A DNA stretch of 32,000 nucleotides, from positions 1,590,001 through 1,622,000 of the forward strand of contig NZ_CP011034.1 in assembly GCF_001465295.1 (NCBI RefSeq), read 5' to 3'. This stretch comes from Pseudoalteromonas translucida KMM 520. GTDB lineage: Bacteria > Pseudomonadota > Gammaproteobacteria > Enterobacterales > Alteromonadaceae. This document shows, piece after piece, positions 11,036-18,789 of the stretch. Each line of letters starts with the position of its first letter. Within the stretch, counting starts at the first letter, position 1. The translations under genes and the position numbers were made by a program. The notes under the pieces were generated by a model. It had not been told where the DNA came from, ran no database searches, and saw nothing but the letters and a program-made list of their open reading frames with translations.

Positions 11036-12382
11036 ATGCAACTAACTGCAAAAGCATCACTTCCTAACGCATTACTTATTTCTATTAGTACACCTCACTT
11101 TAAAGGCGATGAAGCAACTGAGTCGCTTGCAGAGTTGGCACGCCTAGTTACCACTCTTGGCTTTAAAGTAGTTGGCACACAATCACAAAAGCAAAGTTCT
11201 ACCCAAAAAGTAAATGTACTTGGCTCAGGCAAACTGGCTGAAATAGCGCACCTTACTGGTAATAAAGGTTCTGCTGCAGATGAGGATGAAAACTTTCTTG
11301 ATGACGATCCATTATCCGACATGCCGTCAGAAATTCCATCAGACGGTTTAGATTTTGCTTGTGCCGATGTTGTCGTTTTTGACTGCGATTTAACGCCTTC
11401 TCAACTACGTAATGTTGAGAACCAGTTAGGTGTGGAAGTATTTGACCGCACCGGCATAATTATTGAAATATTTAGCCGCCATGCGCGTACTAAAACAGCA
11501 AAATTACAAGTTGAAATTGCTCGCCTTAACTATGTAGCGCCGCGTCTGCGTGAAACATCTACCGGCGATAAAGAACGCCAAATGGGTAAGGGCGCAGGTG
11601 AGACAACGCTTGAACTTAACCGTCGTAAAGTACGCGACCAATTAGCCGAGTTAAAGCGTGAACTGGTAAATGTTCAAGATGTAATGATGGACAGACGAGA
11701 GCAGCGCTCAGAGCTATTTTCGGTTGCTTTGATTGGTTATACCAATGCGGGCAAGTCGTCGATGATGCGCGCAATTACGGGCAGTGATGTAGAGGGCGAA
11801 AACAAACTTTTTGCTACGCTGGACACCACAGTTCGTGCTTTGTATCCAATAACGCAACCACGTATATTGATATCAGATACAGTTGGCTTTATTAAAAAAT
11901 TACCGCATGACTTAGTTGCTTCATTTCATTCAACTTTAGCCGAGGCACATGATGCGTCGTTATTGTTATATGTAGTTGATGCCTCGGATGCGTCTTTTCG
12001 CTCACAACTAGATGTAGTGCATAATGTATTGGCAGAAGTGGGCGTACAAGGTAGTAAAAAGTTGTTAGTACTTAACAAGTCAGACCAACTTAGCGATGAG
12101 CAACAACAAGCATTAATGGCTGAATTTCCTGATGCTATGATGACATCAACACGTAACCCAGCTGATATAGCTAAATTACATAAATACATTGTTGATACAG
12201 CACAAAGCGACATGATTGAAGAAGAGGTTATTATTCCTTATACCGCCAAAGGTATAGTGGGTGAAATTCGCTCGAGCATGAGTGTCATTAAAGAAGAATA
12301 TGAATATAGCCATATTAAGCTCACCGTGCGCTCCAACGCGATTGACTTAGAAAGGCTAAAAAAGCGTATGCTTAATTTATAG
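11036..12382 (+). CDS. hflX: HflX-type ribosome-associated GTPase (stand-alone, not next to hfq/hflKC)
   Basis: It has the HflX N-domain (DRTGIIIEIFSRHARTKTAKLQVEIARLNY, GAGETTLELNRRK). The G motifs are G1 GYTNAGKSS, G3 DTVGF and G4 NKSD. It also has the PHDLVASFHSTL motif. It is 448 aa. Confidence 0.88.
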   Translation: MQLTAKASLPNALLISISTPHFKGDEATESLAELARLVTTLGFKVVGTQSQKQSSTQKVNVLGSGKLAEIAHLTGNKGSAADEDENFLDDDPLSDMPSEIPSDGLDFACADVVVFDCDLTPSQLRNVENQLGVEVFDRTGIIIEIFSRHARTKTAKLQVEIARLNYVAPRLRETSTGDKERQMGKGAGETTLELNRRKVRDQLAELKRELVNVQDVMMDRREQRSELFSVALIGYTNAGKSSMMRAITGSDVEGENKLFATLDTTVRALYPITQPRILISDTVGFIKKLPHDLVASFHSTLAEAHDASLLLYVVDASDASFRSQLDVVHNVLAEVGVQGSKKLLVLNKSDQLSDEQQQALMAEFPDAMMTSTRNPADIAKLHKYIVDTAQSDMIEEEVIIPYTAKGIVGEIRSSMSVIKEEYEYSHIKLTVRSNAIDLERLKKRMLNL

Positions 12383-12403
12383 TTAGTGCACGTTTGCTAT
12401 AAT

Positions 12404-12436
12404 AAAAGCACAGCCCAAAACAGGCTGTGCTTTTTT
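12404..12436. terminator. Bidirectional intrinsic terminator between convergent hflX and the acyl-CoA synthetase gene
   Basis: GCACAGCC (12408-15) pairs with GGCTGTGC (12423-30) around a 7-nt loop. An A4 run upstream and a T6 run downstream let it serve both strands. Confidence 0.85.
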
Positions 12437-12447
12437 AAAACTGATAA

Positions 12448-14181
12448 TTATGAAAACGCTTTTTCTGCTAACTCTTCTTGCATTTGTTCTCGCATTTTAA
12501 ACTTTTGCAGTTTACCGGTTACCGTCATAGGGTAATTTTCAACAAAACGAATATGGCGCGGTACTTTAAAATAAGCTAGTTTGTCTTTTAAAAACAACCG
12601 TATTTGTGCTTCGTCTAGTTGTGCATCTTCTTTGGGTTGGATCCAGGCGCATACTTCTTCACCGTATTTTTCGTCGCTAATACCAAATATAGCGGCATCT
12701 TGAACACCTGGGTAGGTATAAAGCACTTCTTCTATTTCGCGGGGATAAATATTTTCACCGCCGCGAATTATCATGTCTTTAATGCGGCCAACAATACTAA
12801 CAAAGCCTTCGCTATCCATTACCCCTAAGTCGCCAGAATGCAGCCAACCATCTTGATCTATGGTCGCTTTGGTTTTTTCTTCATCGTTCCAGTAGCAACG
12901 CATAATTCCTGCGCCGCGACTACATACCTCACCCGATAGCCCCACGGGTTGAATGTTACCTAGCTCATCAATTATTTTAACTTCGGTATGCGCTAATGCA
13001 CGGCCTACTGTCGTTACTTGGCGCTCAATAGATGAGTCGGTTTCAGTAATATTATTAATAGGGCTGCATTCAGTTTGGCCATATGCAATAACTACTTCGT
13101 GCATATTCATTAAAGTTTGTACTTTGCGCATTACTTGCTCGGGGCAGGTAGAGCCGGCCATTACACCAGTGCGTAATGTACTTAAGTCGTAATCATTAAA
13201 GTTACTTAATTCAAGCTCACTAATAAACATGGTCGGTACACCATGCAGTGCTGTACAGCCCTCATTTTGTACTACTTCGAGAGTTGTTTTCGGATCAAAT
13301 GCATCCCCAGGATAAACGGCTGTAGCGCCTTTGCTCATAGACACTAAACTGCCAAGTACCATACCAAAGCAATGATAAAGTGGCACAGGTATGCATATTT
13401 TATCTTTATTGGTAATGTGCATGGCTTCACCAACAAATAATGCATTATTTAAAATGTTTTTGTGAGTAAGCGTTGCCCCTTTGGGGTTGCCAGTGGTGCC
13501 AGACGTAAATTGAATATTGATATCTTGATTGCAATTAAGGGTAGCGGCTACTGAATCTAACTGCTGTTTATGCTCTTGAGTTGCAAGTGCGGTTACTTCA
13601 GCGAATGAAAACATACCAGGGCTTGCTTCATCACCAATTCTAATCACGTTTTTAAGCGTGGGAAGAGCAGCGGCATTAAGCTGCCCTTTTTCGCACTCTG
13701 CTAGCTCTGGCGCTAAACTTTGTAGCATTTTCAGATAGTTACTGCCTTTAAATTCTGAAGCGGTAATTAAGGTAGTGCACTCAACGCTGTTTAAAGCGTA
13801 CTGCAATTCGCTGGGGCGATAAGCTGGATTTACACATACCATAATTGCGCCAATTTTAGCGGTAGCGAACTGAGTTAAACACCATTGAATGTTATTTGGC
13901 GACCAAATGCCCACTCTTTCACCTGGCTTAATACCCAGTGCTAGTAAGCCCATTGCTAATTGGTTTACTTGATGTTGAAACTCTTTATAGCTCAAGCGTA
14001 TATTTTGATGGTGTACAACCACGGCTAATGCGTCGGGGGCATTGTCGACAATGCTGTCGAAGTAGTCACCTATGGTTTGCTTGGTTAATGGGGTGCTTTG
14101 TATTCCTTTAAAATAACTCTGCAATAGCGGCATATGGTTTATTTTTTCTATTTCTTTAACCGCTTTTGTTGTTACATTCAT
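12448..14181 (-). CDS. AMP-dependent acyl-CoA synthetase/ligase (medium/long-chain fatty-acid--CoA ligase-like, ACSF2/YngI-like)
   Basis: The 577-aa product has the AMP-binding motif FTSGTTGNPKGATLTH, the GYGQTE-like AYGQTE, and SGDLG ... GRIKDMIIRGGENIYPREIE with the terminal K in GKLQKFKMRE. The ATG at 14181 is preceded by GGAGA. Track codons 14182-14244 are a spurious extension. Confidence 0.9.
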   Translation of the reverse strand: MNVTTKAVKEIEKINHMPLLQSYFKGIQSTPLTKQTIGDYFDSIVDNAPDALAVVVHHQNIRLSYKEFQHQVNQLAMGLLALGIKPGERVGIWSPNNIQWCLTQFATAKIGAIMVCVNPAYRPSELQYALNSVECTTLITASEFKGSNYLKMLQSLAPELAECEKGQLNAAALPTLKNVIRIGDEASPGMFSFAEVTALATQEHKQQLDSVAATLNCNQDINIQFTSGTTGNPKGATLTHKNILNNALFVGEAMHITNKDKICIPVPLYHCFGMVLGSLVSMSKGATAVYPGDAFDPKTTLEVVQNEGCTALHGVPTMFISELELSNFNDYDLSTLRTGVMAGSTCPEQVMRKVQTLMNMHEVVIAYGQTECSPINNITETDSSIERQVTTVGRALAHTEVKIIDELGNIQPVGLSGEVCSRGAGIMRCYWNDEEKTKATIDQDGWLHSGDLGVMDSEGFVSIVGRIKDMIIRGGENIYPREIEEVLYTYPGVQDAAIFGISDEKYGEEVCAWIQPKEDAQLDEAQIRLFLKDKLAYFKVPRHIRFVENYPMTVTGKLQKFKMREQMQEELAEKAFS

Positions 14182-14308
14182 GTCATTCTCCGTATCAGTA
14201 GATATGAATAGCTTGAATGATAAATAAACACATATTGTCGACAAAGGGAAGAGGGGTAGACTAATGTCTTAGGTTTGTTGCTGAAAATGAAATAAGTAAA
14301 AATAAAGC

Positions 14309-14346
14309 AAAAAAAAACGCGCCTTACACTGTAAGTACGCGCTTTT
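14309..14346 (-). terminator. Intrinsic terminator of the DUF3010-like gene
   Basis: The minus-strand hairpin has 5 bp, a 1x2 internal loop and then 4 GC-rich bp (14318-27 with 14331-41), with a 3-nt loop. It is followed on the minus strand by a run of 9 U (A-run 14309-17 on plus). Confidence 0.6.
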
Positions 14347-14364
14347 AGCAATTACTAAATGAGG

Positions 14365-14811
14365 TTACATTTCGTCGCTGCGGTAAGTTTTTTTCATAAT
14401 ATAAACGTAAGCGTTTACAAAAGCATTTTCTTGATACTTTTTAAGACCGGTATCCTCAAAATCAATAGGGATAGGGTTGCGCTTAACTTGCTCTTTAATT
14501 TCGGTTGTTGTAAATAATTTTACATCAAGGTTTTCGATTAGCTGAATCGCGGTTTCCATTTTAAAACCATTAGCACTACCAGCAAACTTACCTTTTGGAG
14601 CACGTTGACGTATTGCTACAGAATCAATTTGGTAATCTTGCATTAGCTTGGCAAAATCAAACTGAAACTTGCGCATTACTTCTGTGTCGTTACCGTTACC
14701 TAAGGTAAAGCGTGTTTGGCGCACGTCGCGAATATCAAATACGTCATTATCTTTACTTAAAATACAAAGTAGTACATCACTACCGGTAATATCTACACCA
14801 CATGTTCTCAT
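14365..14811 (-). CDS. Small conserved hypothetical protein, DUF3010-like
   Basis: The 148-aa ORF starts MRTCGVDITGSDVLLCIL and has its own terminator and a separate upstream region. It resembles the gammaproteobacterial DUF3010 family as I remember it. I cannot assign a function. Confidence 0.65.
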   Translation of the reverse strand: MRTCGVDITGSDVLLCILSKDNDVFDIRDVRQTRFTLGNGNDTEVMRKFQFDFAKLMQDYQIDSVAIRQRAPKGKFAGSANGFKMETAIQLIENLDVKLFTTTEIKEQVKRNPIPIDFEDTGLKKYQENAFVNAYVYIMKKTYRSDEM

Positions 14812-15147
14812 GTCTATTCTCTAATATAACTTAATTACCCAGTATTATACGCAACATCTATTAAATTGCGAGAGTAAGCACTTAAGTCTGTTGTAAATTT
14901 AACGGCGATTAGATTTATTATATTGATGTTATAAAATCGGCGCTAAAACATTATTAATTTAGCCTTTATAACAAAATAGCAGGTGTTTTAGCCGCTTTAA
15001 ACTTGTAATTAGTAGCGTTGCACGCGACAATATCTTTTTTGTAGTTGAGCAGACTCAGCATCTACATTAGCTAAATTTGGCGAAAAATAGTCAATGCTTA
15101 TTCGTAAGAGCGTTGTCGAGTCATTCTCATTTAATTAATTTAAAAAA

Positions 15148-15180
15148 TACACGTGATACATTGTAGGTGTCACCACTGTA
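15148..15180 (+). promoter_or_regulatory. thrS translational operator: tRNA-Thr anticodon-arm mimic hairpin
   Basis: The lower stem is TACA/TGTA and the 7-bp upper stem is GTGATAC/GTGTCAC. The 7-nt loop ATTGTAG reads as U33-UGU-A37. The hairpin ends 3 nt before the SD AAGGA (15183-87), and the ATG is at 15194. Confidence 0.6.
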
Positions 15181-15193
15181 GCAAGGATTTATA

Positions 15194-17104
15194 ATGCCAG
15201 TTATTACTCTCCCTGACGGAAGTCAACGTAGTTTTGAAAACCCAGTAAGTACGCTAGATGTTGCCAACGATATTGGCCCAGGGCTCGCTAAAGCGACCAT
15301 TGCAGGCCGTGTTAATGGCGAGCGTGTTGATGCATGTGACCTAATAAGTGAAGATTCGCGCCTTGAAATCATCACTGCAAAAGACGACGACGGCTTAGAA
15401 ATCATTCGTCACTCGTGTGCACACTTAATTGGGCATGCGGTTAAACAGCTTTTCCCAGATGCAAAAATGGCAATTGGTCCTACTATTGATAACGGCTTTT
15501 ATTACGATATTGATATGGAACAATCGTTATCTCAAGATGATCTTGACGCGATTGAAAAGCGTATGTTGCAACTTGCTAAAACAAACTACGATGTAGTTAA
15601 AAAAACCGTAAACTGGCAAGAAGCACGCGATGTATTTGCAGCGCGTGGCGAAACATACAAAATAGAAATTTTGGATGAAAACATCGCTAAAGATGACCGT
15701 CCAGGGTTATATCATCACGAAGAATATGTAGACATGTGTCGTGGCCCTCACGTACCTAACATGAAATTTTGCCAAAACTTCAAAATAATGAAAGTAGCGG
15801 GTGCATATTGGCGTGGTGATTCAGAAAACAAAATGCTACAACGCATTTACGGCACAGCGTGGGGCGATAAAAAGCAACTTAAAGCGTATTTAAAACGCCT
15901 TGAAGAAGCTGAAAAGCGTGATCACCGCCGTATTGGTAAAGCACTTGATTTATGGCATTGGCAAGAAGAAGCGCCAGGCATGGTATTTTGGCACAACGAT
16001 GGTTGGAGCATTTACCGTGAGCTTGAAGAGTTTGTACGTGAAAAGCTACGTGAATATGATTACGAAGAAGTAAAAGGTCCAATGATGATGGACCGTTCGT
16101 TATGGGAAAAATCAGGTCACTGGGAAAAATATGCAGATGCTATGTTTACCACAGTATCTGAAAAGCGCGAATACGCGATTAAACCAATGAACTGCCCAGG
16201 CCACGTACAAATATTTAATCAAGGTTTAAAATCGTACCGCGATTTACCACTACGTATGGCTGAATTTGGTTGTTGCCATCGTAACGAGCCATCGGGTGCA
16301 CTACATGGCTTAATGCGTGTACGTGGCTTTACCCAAGATGATGCGCACATTTTCTGTACCGAAGAGCAGATAATGGACGAGGTTTCAGCGTGTATTAAGA
16401 TGGTTTATGATACATATGAGACATTCGGTTTTGAAAAAATCGTGGTTAAGCTCTCAACACGTCCAGAGCAACGTATTGGTGAAGACCATATGTGGGATAA
16501 AGCAGAGCTTGCATTAGCCGAAGCGCTTAAACTAAACGAGATTGAATTTGATTACCTACCAGGTGAAGGCGCATTTTACGGCCCTAAAATTGAATTTACT
16601 TTGTACGATTGTTTAGACAGAGCGTGGCAATGTGGTACAGTGCAACTAGACTTTGCATTACCGGGTCGTTTAGGCGCAACTTATGTTGCTGAAAATAACG
16701 AACGCCGTACCCCAGTTATGATACATCGTGCTATTTTAGGTTCGATAGAACGCTTTATTGGTATTTTAACTGAAGAATACGCTGGTTTATTCCCTACGTG
16801 GCTTGCGCCAAAGCAAGTGGTAATTATGAATATTACCGATAAACAAGCCGATTATGTTAAAGAAGTTGTACAAAAATTAAATAAACTTGGAATTAGAGCC
16901 ACTGCTGACTTGAGAAATGAGAAGATTGGCTTTAAAATCCGAGAGCATACACTTAAGCGTATTCCTTACTTACTTGTTGTTGGCGATAAAGAAGTTGAAC
17001 AACAAGAAGTAGCAGTACGTACTCGCACAGGTGAAGACCTTGGCAAATTTAATGTTGATGACTTTGTAGCTAAAATTAGCGAAGAGATAAAAAGTCGACA
17101 ATAA
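15194..17104 (+). CDS. thrS: Threonine--tRNA ligase
   Basis: The 636-aa product starts [14 protein letters not shown] (TGS domain). It also has the editing-domain HSCAHL motif, the class II core ([34 protein letters not shown]) and a C-terminal anticodon-binding domain. Confidence 0.97.
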   Translation: MPVITLPDGSQRSFENPVSTLDVANDIGPGLAKATIAGRVNGERVDACDLISEDSRLEIITAKDDDGLEIIRHSCAHLIGHAVKQLFPDAKMAIGPTIDNGFYYDIDMEQSLSQDDLDAIEKRMLQLAKTNYDVVKKTVNWQEARDVFAARGETYKIEILDENIAKDDRPGLYHHEEYVDMCRGPHVPNMKFCQNFKIMKVAGAYWRGDSENKMLQRIYGTAWGDKKQLKAYLKRLEEAEKRDHRRIGKALDLWHWQEEAPGMVFWHNDGWSIYRELEEFVREKLREYDYEEVKGPMMMDRSLWEKSGHWEKYADAMFTTVSEKREYAIKPMNCPGHVQIFNQGLKSYRDLPLRMAEFGCCHRNEPSGALHGLMRVRGFTQDDAHIFCTEEQIMDEVSACIKMVYDTYETFGFEKIVVKLSTRPEQRIGEDHMWDKAELALAEALKLNEIEFDYLPGEGAFYGPKIEFTLYDCLDRAWQCGTVQLDFALPGRLGATYVAENNERRTPVMIHRAILGSIERFIGILTEEYAGLFPTWLAPKQVVIMNITDKQADYVKEVVQKLNKLGIRATADLRNEKIGFKIREHTLKRIPYLLVVGDKEVEQQEVAVRTRTGEDLGKFNVDDFVAKISEEIKSRQ

Positions 17105-17110
17105 AAAATC

Positions 17111-17149
17111 GAGCGTGTAAGGCATTTACAAACAGCCAGTTACACGCTT
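17111..17149 (+). other. Stem-loop between thrS and infC (attenuator/processing or partial terminator)
   Basis: AGCGTGTAA (17112-20) pairs with TTACACGCT (17140-48) over 9 bp. An inner GGC/GCC helix follows after a 2-nt bulge. The hairpin is followed by TTACTATTATT, then the infC SD. Its function is not established. Confidence 0.35.
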
Positions 17150-17180
17150 ACTATTATTGATATTCTTGGAGGAACGTACT

Positions 17181-17726
17181 ATTAGAGGCGGCAAGAAAGG
17201 GCAACAAACAGCCCAAAAAAATCGTATTAACGAAGAAATTACAGCTCAAGAAGTTCGCTTAATTGACATTGACGGCGAGCAAGCTGGAATTCAGTCATTA
17301 AAAGACGCGCAAACTATGGCTGATGCAGCAGGTGTTGATCTTGTAGAGATTAGCCCGAACGCTGAGCCGCCTGTTTGTAGAATCATGGACTACGGTAAGT
17401 TCATCTTTGAAAAAAGCAAAGAACTAAAAGAGCAGAAGAAGAAGCAAAAGCAAATCCAGATAAAAGAAATCAAATTCCGTCCTGGTACGGATGAAGGCGA
17501 TTATCAGGTTAAGCTGCGCAACTTACGTAAGTTCTTAGAAGCTGGCGATAAAGCTAAAATTACGATTCGCTTCCGTGGTCGTGAAATGGCTCACCAAGAA
17601 ATTGGTATAGAATTATTAAACCGTATCAAAGGCGATTTGGAGGAGCTTGCAGTTGTTGAGTCTTTCCCTAATCGCGTTGAAGGTCGCCAAATGGTTATGA
17701 TGATGGCGCCTGTTGCTAAAAAATAA
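17181..17726 (+). CDS. infC: Translation initiation factor IF-3, initiating at an ATT (AUU) codon
   Basis: ATT 17181 is followed by [26 protein letters not shown], which parallels E. coli (M)[25 protein letters not shown]. GGAGG (17168-72) lies 8 nt upstream. The product is 181 aa. Track start TTG 17157 has no SD and adds 8 non-homologous codons. Confidence 0.92.
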   Translation: MRGGKKGQQTAQKNRINEEITAQEVRLIDIDGEQAGIQSLKDAQTMADAAGVDLVEISPNAEPPVCRIMDYGKFIFEKSKELKEQKKKQKQIQIKEIKFRPGTDEGDYQVKLRNLRKFLEAGDKAKITIRFRGREMAHQEIGIELLNRIKGDLEELAVVESFPNRVEGRQMVMMMAPVAKK

Positions 17727-17938
17727 TTTTTAAGCGATAATACGCACCGAAAATAGCTCAGGTCTGCAAGTAATATGTAAATATTCACCTGAGTTAACCG
17801 GTTTTAAAGTAAGATTGCAGCATTTATGCTGGGTTTTCACCGGAACATGGCAGTAAGTTAGGCCTGAAAGTGGAGCTATAGCAATATATCTCACGCCTGC
17901 TTACTAATTTAAATGCAATACAATTTGGAGTTATTGCA
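17727..17938 (+). promoter_or_regulatory. Structured 212-nt infC-rpmI spacer; candidate L20-responsive rpmI-rplT leader
   Basis: Several helices are visible by eye. They include the irregular stem 17852-63/17895-905 and a hairpin TGCAAT/ATTGCA (17914-19/17933-38). That hairpin holds the rpmI SD in its loop and abuts the ATG. Confidence 0.4.
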
Positions 17939-18139
17939 ATGGCTTATAAGCTAAAAAGTCACAGAGGCGCAGCTAAGCGTTTCAAAAAGACTGCTTCTGG
18001 CGGTTTCAAGCGTAAACAAGCGCATCTTCGTCACATTCTGACTAAGAAAACTTCTAAGCGTAAGTTACACCTACGTCCTAAGATGATGGTTCATAAAAAT
18101 GACCATGGTCTAGTTTCACGTATGTTACCGTTCGCTTAA
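17939..18139 (+). CDS. rpmI: 50S ribosomal protein L35
   Basis: The 66-aa basic protein carries the motif [30 protein letters not shown]. The SD GGAG lies 8 nt upstream. Confidence 0.95.
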
Positions 18140-18154
18140 TAGGGGTTTTTAGAA

Positions 18155-18517
18155 ATGGCAAGAGTTAAACGCGGCGTTGTCGCACGTGCACGTCACAAAA
18201 AAGTTTTAAAACAAGCAAAAGGTTATTACGGAGCACGTTCACGTGTTTACCGTGTAGCTTTCCAGGCTGTTACTAAAGCGGGTCAATACGCTTACCGTGA
18301 CCGTCGTGCGAAGAAACGTACTTTCCGTCAATTATGGATTGCACGTATCAATGCTGCTTCACGTCAAAATGGTCTGTCTTACAGCCGTTTTATCAGTGGT
18401 CTTAAAAAGACATCTGTAGAAATCGATCGTAAGATCCTTGCAGATATCGCTGTTTACGACCAAGTTGCATTCGCAGCGCTTGTTGAAAAAGCAAAAGAAG
18501 GCCTAGCGGCCGCTTAA
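18155..18517 (+). CDS. rplT: 50S ribosomal protein L20
   Basis: [35 protein letters not shown] is a canonical L20 N-terminus. It is 120 aa and lies 15 nt after rpmI. Confidence 0.97.
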
Positions 18518-18536
18518 GCTTTTTTATATAAGTATT

Positions 18537-18563
18537 AAAAAGGAGCCTATGGCTCCTTTTTTT
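18537..18563 (+). terminator. Intrinsic terminator of the rpmI-rplT operon
   Basis: GGAGCC (18542-47) pairs with GGCTCC (18551-56) around loop TAT. It is flanked by A5 and followed by T7. Confidence 0.9.
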
Positions 18564-18710
18564 GTGTCTGGCATATAGTCATTATTATGCAACTTGCTTT
18601 TATCATTAGTATAAACTGCATAGTAGATTGAATTTTAGTAAATTTATTGTTCCCCTTAAGAATTAGCAAACACAAACAAAGTGCTAAATGTTATTGGCTG
18701 CTTTTTTTTG

Positions 18711-18757
18711 TTGAATCACCGCACTTTCATCATATAAAAATGTTTAATTGATATAAT
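18711..18757 (+). promoter_or_regulatory. Candidate sigma-70 promoters for the M14 peptidase-gloC operon
   Basis: The first is TTGAAT (18711-16), a 16-nt spacer, then TATAAA (18733-38), preceded by a T8 run. The second is an extended -10, TGATATAAT (18749-57). These are sequence matches only. Confidence 0.35.
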
Positions 18758-18789
18758 TTACTTAATTAAGGCGTTTGTTAGAGAATATT

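Noticed and set aside
14182-14244. 5' extension of the acyl-CoA synthetase ORF (MSTICVYLSFKLFISTDTEND)
   Set aside because: The ATG at 14181 has a GGAGA SD, and the extension is non-homologous.
14235-14244. 10-bp palindrome TTGTCGACAA upstream of the acyl-CoA synthetase gene, considered as a FadR/PsrA-type operator
   Set aside because: A 10-bp palindrome is expected by chance at about 0.1 per spacer. It lacks the central spacing of the FadR consensus (TGGTC-N-GACCA) as I recall it.
14942-14992. 9-bp-arm inverted repeat GCTAAAACA ... TGTTTTAGC with a 33-nt loop in the DUF3010/thrS divergent region
   Set aside because: The loop is large, there is no U-tract, and I cannot tell whether it is transcribed. 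I could not place a convincing thrS promoter relative to it. It is only marginally above chance.
15092-15115. Second anticodon-like hairpin in the thrS leader (UUCG loop, UCGUA context)
   Set aside because: It cannot be drawn with a 7-nt anticodon-like loop closed by Watson-Crick pairs. It is mentioned under the thrS finding but not called as a feature.
18518-18789. Absence of pheS-pheT-ihfA after rplT (E. coli order), considered as a rearrangement or insertion scar
   Set aside because: There is a clean rplT terminator, no repeats, no mobile-element remnants and no compositional shift. As far as I recall, several non-enteric gammaproteobacteria keep pheST elsewhere, so this is probably the ancestral order for this lineage.
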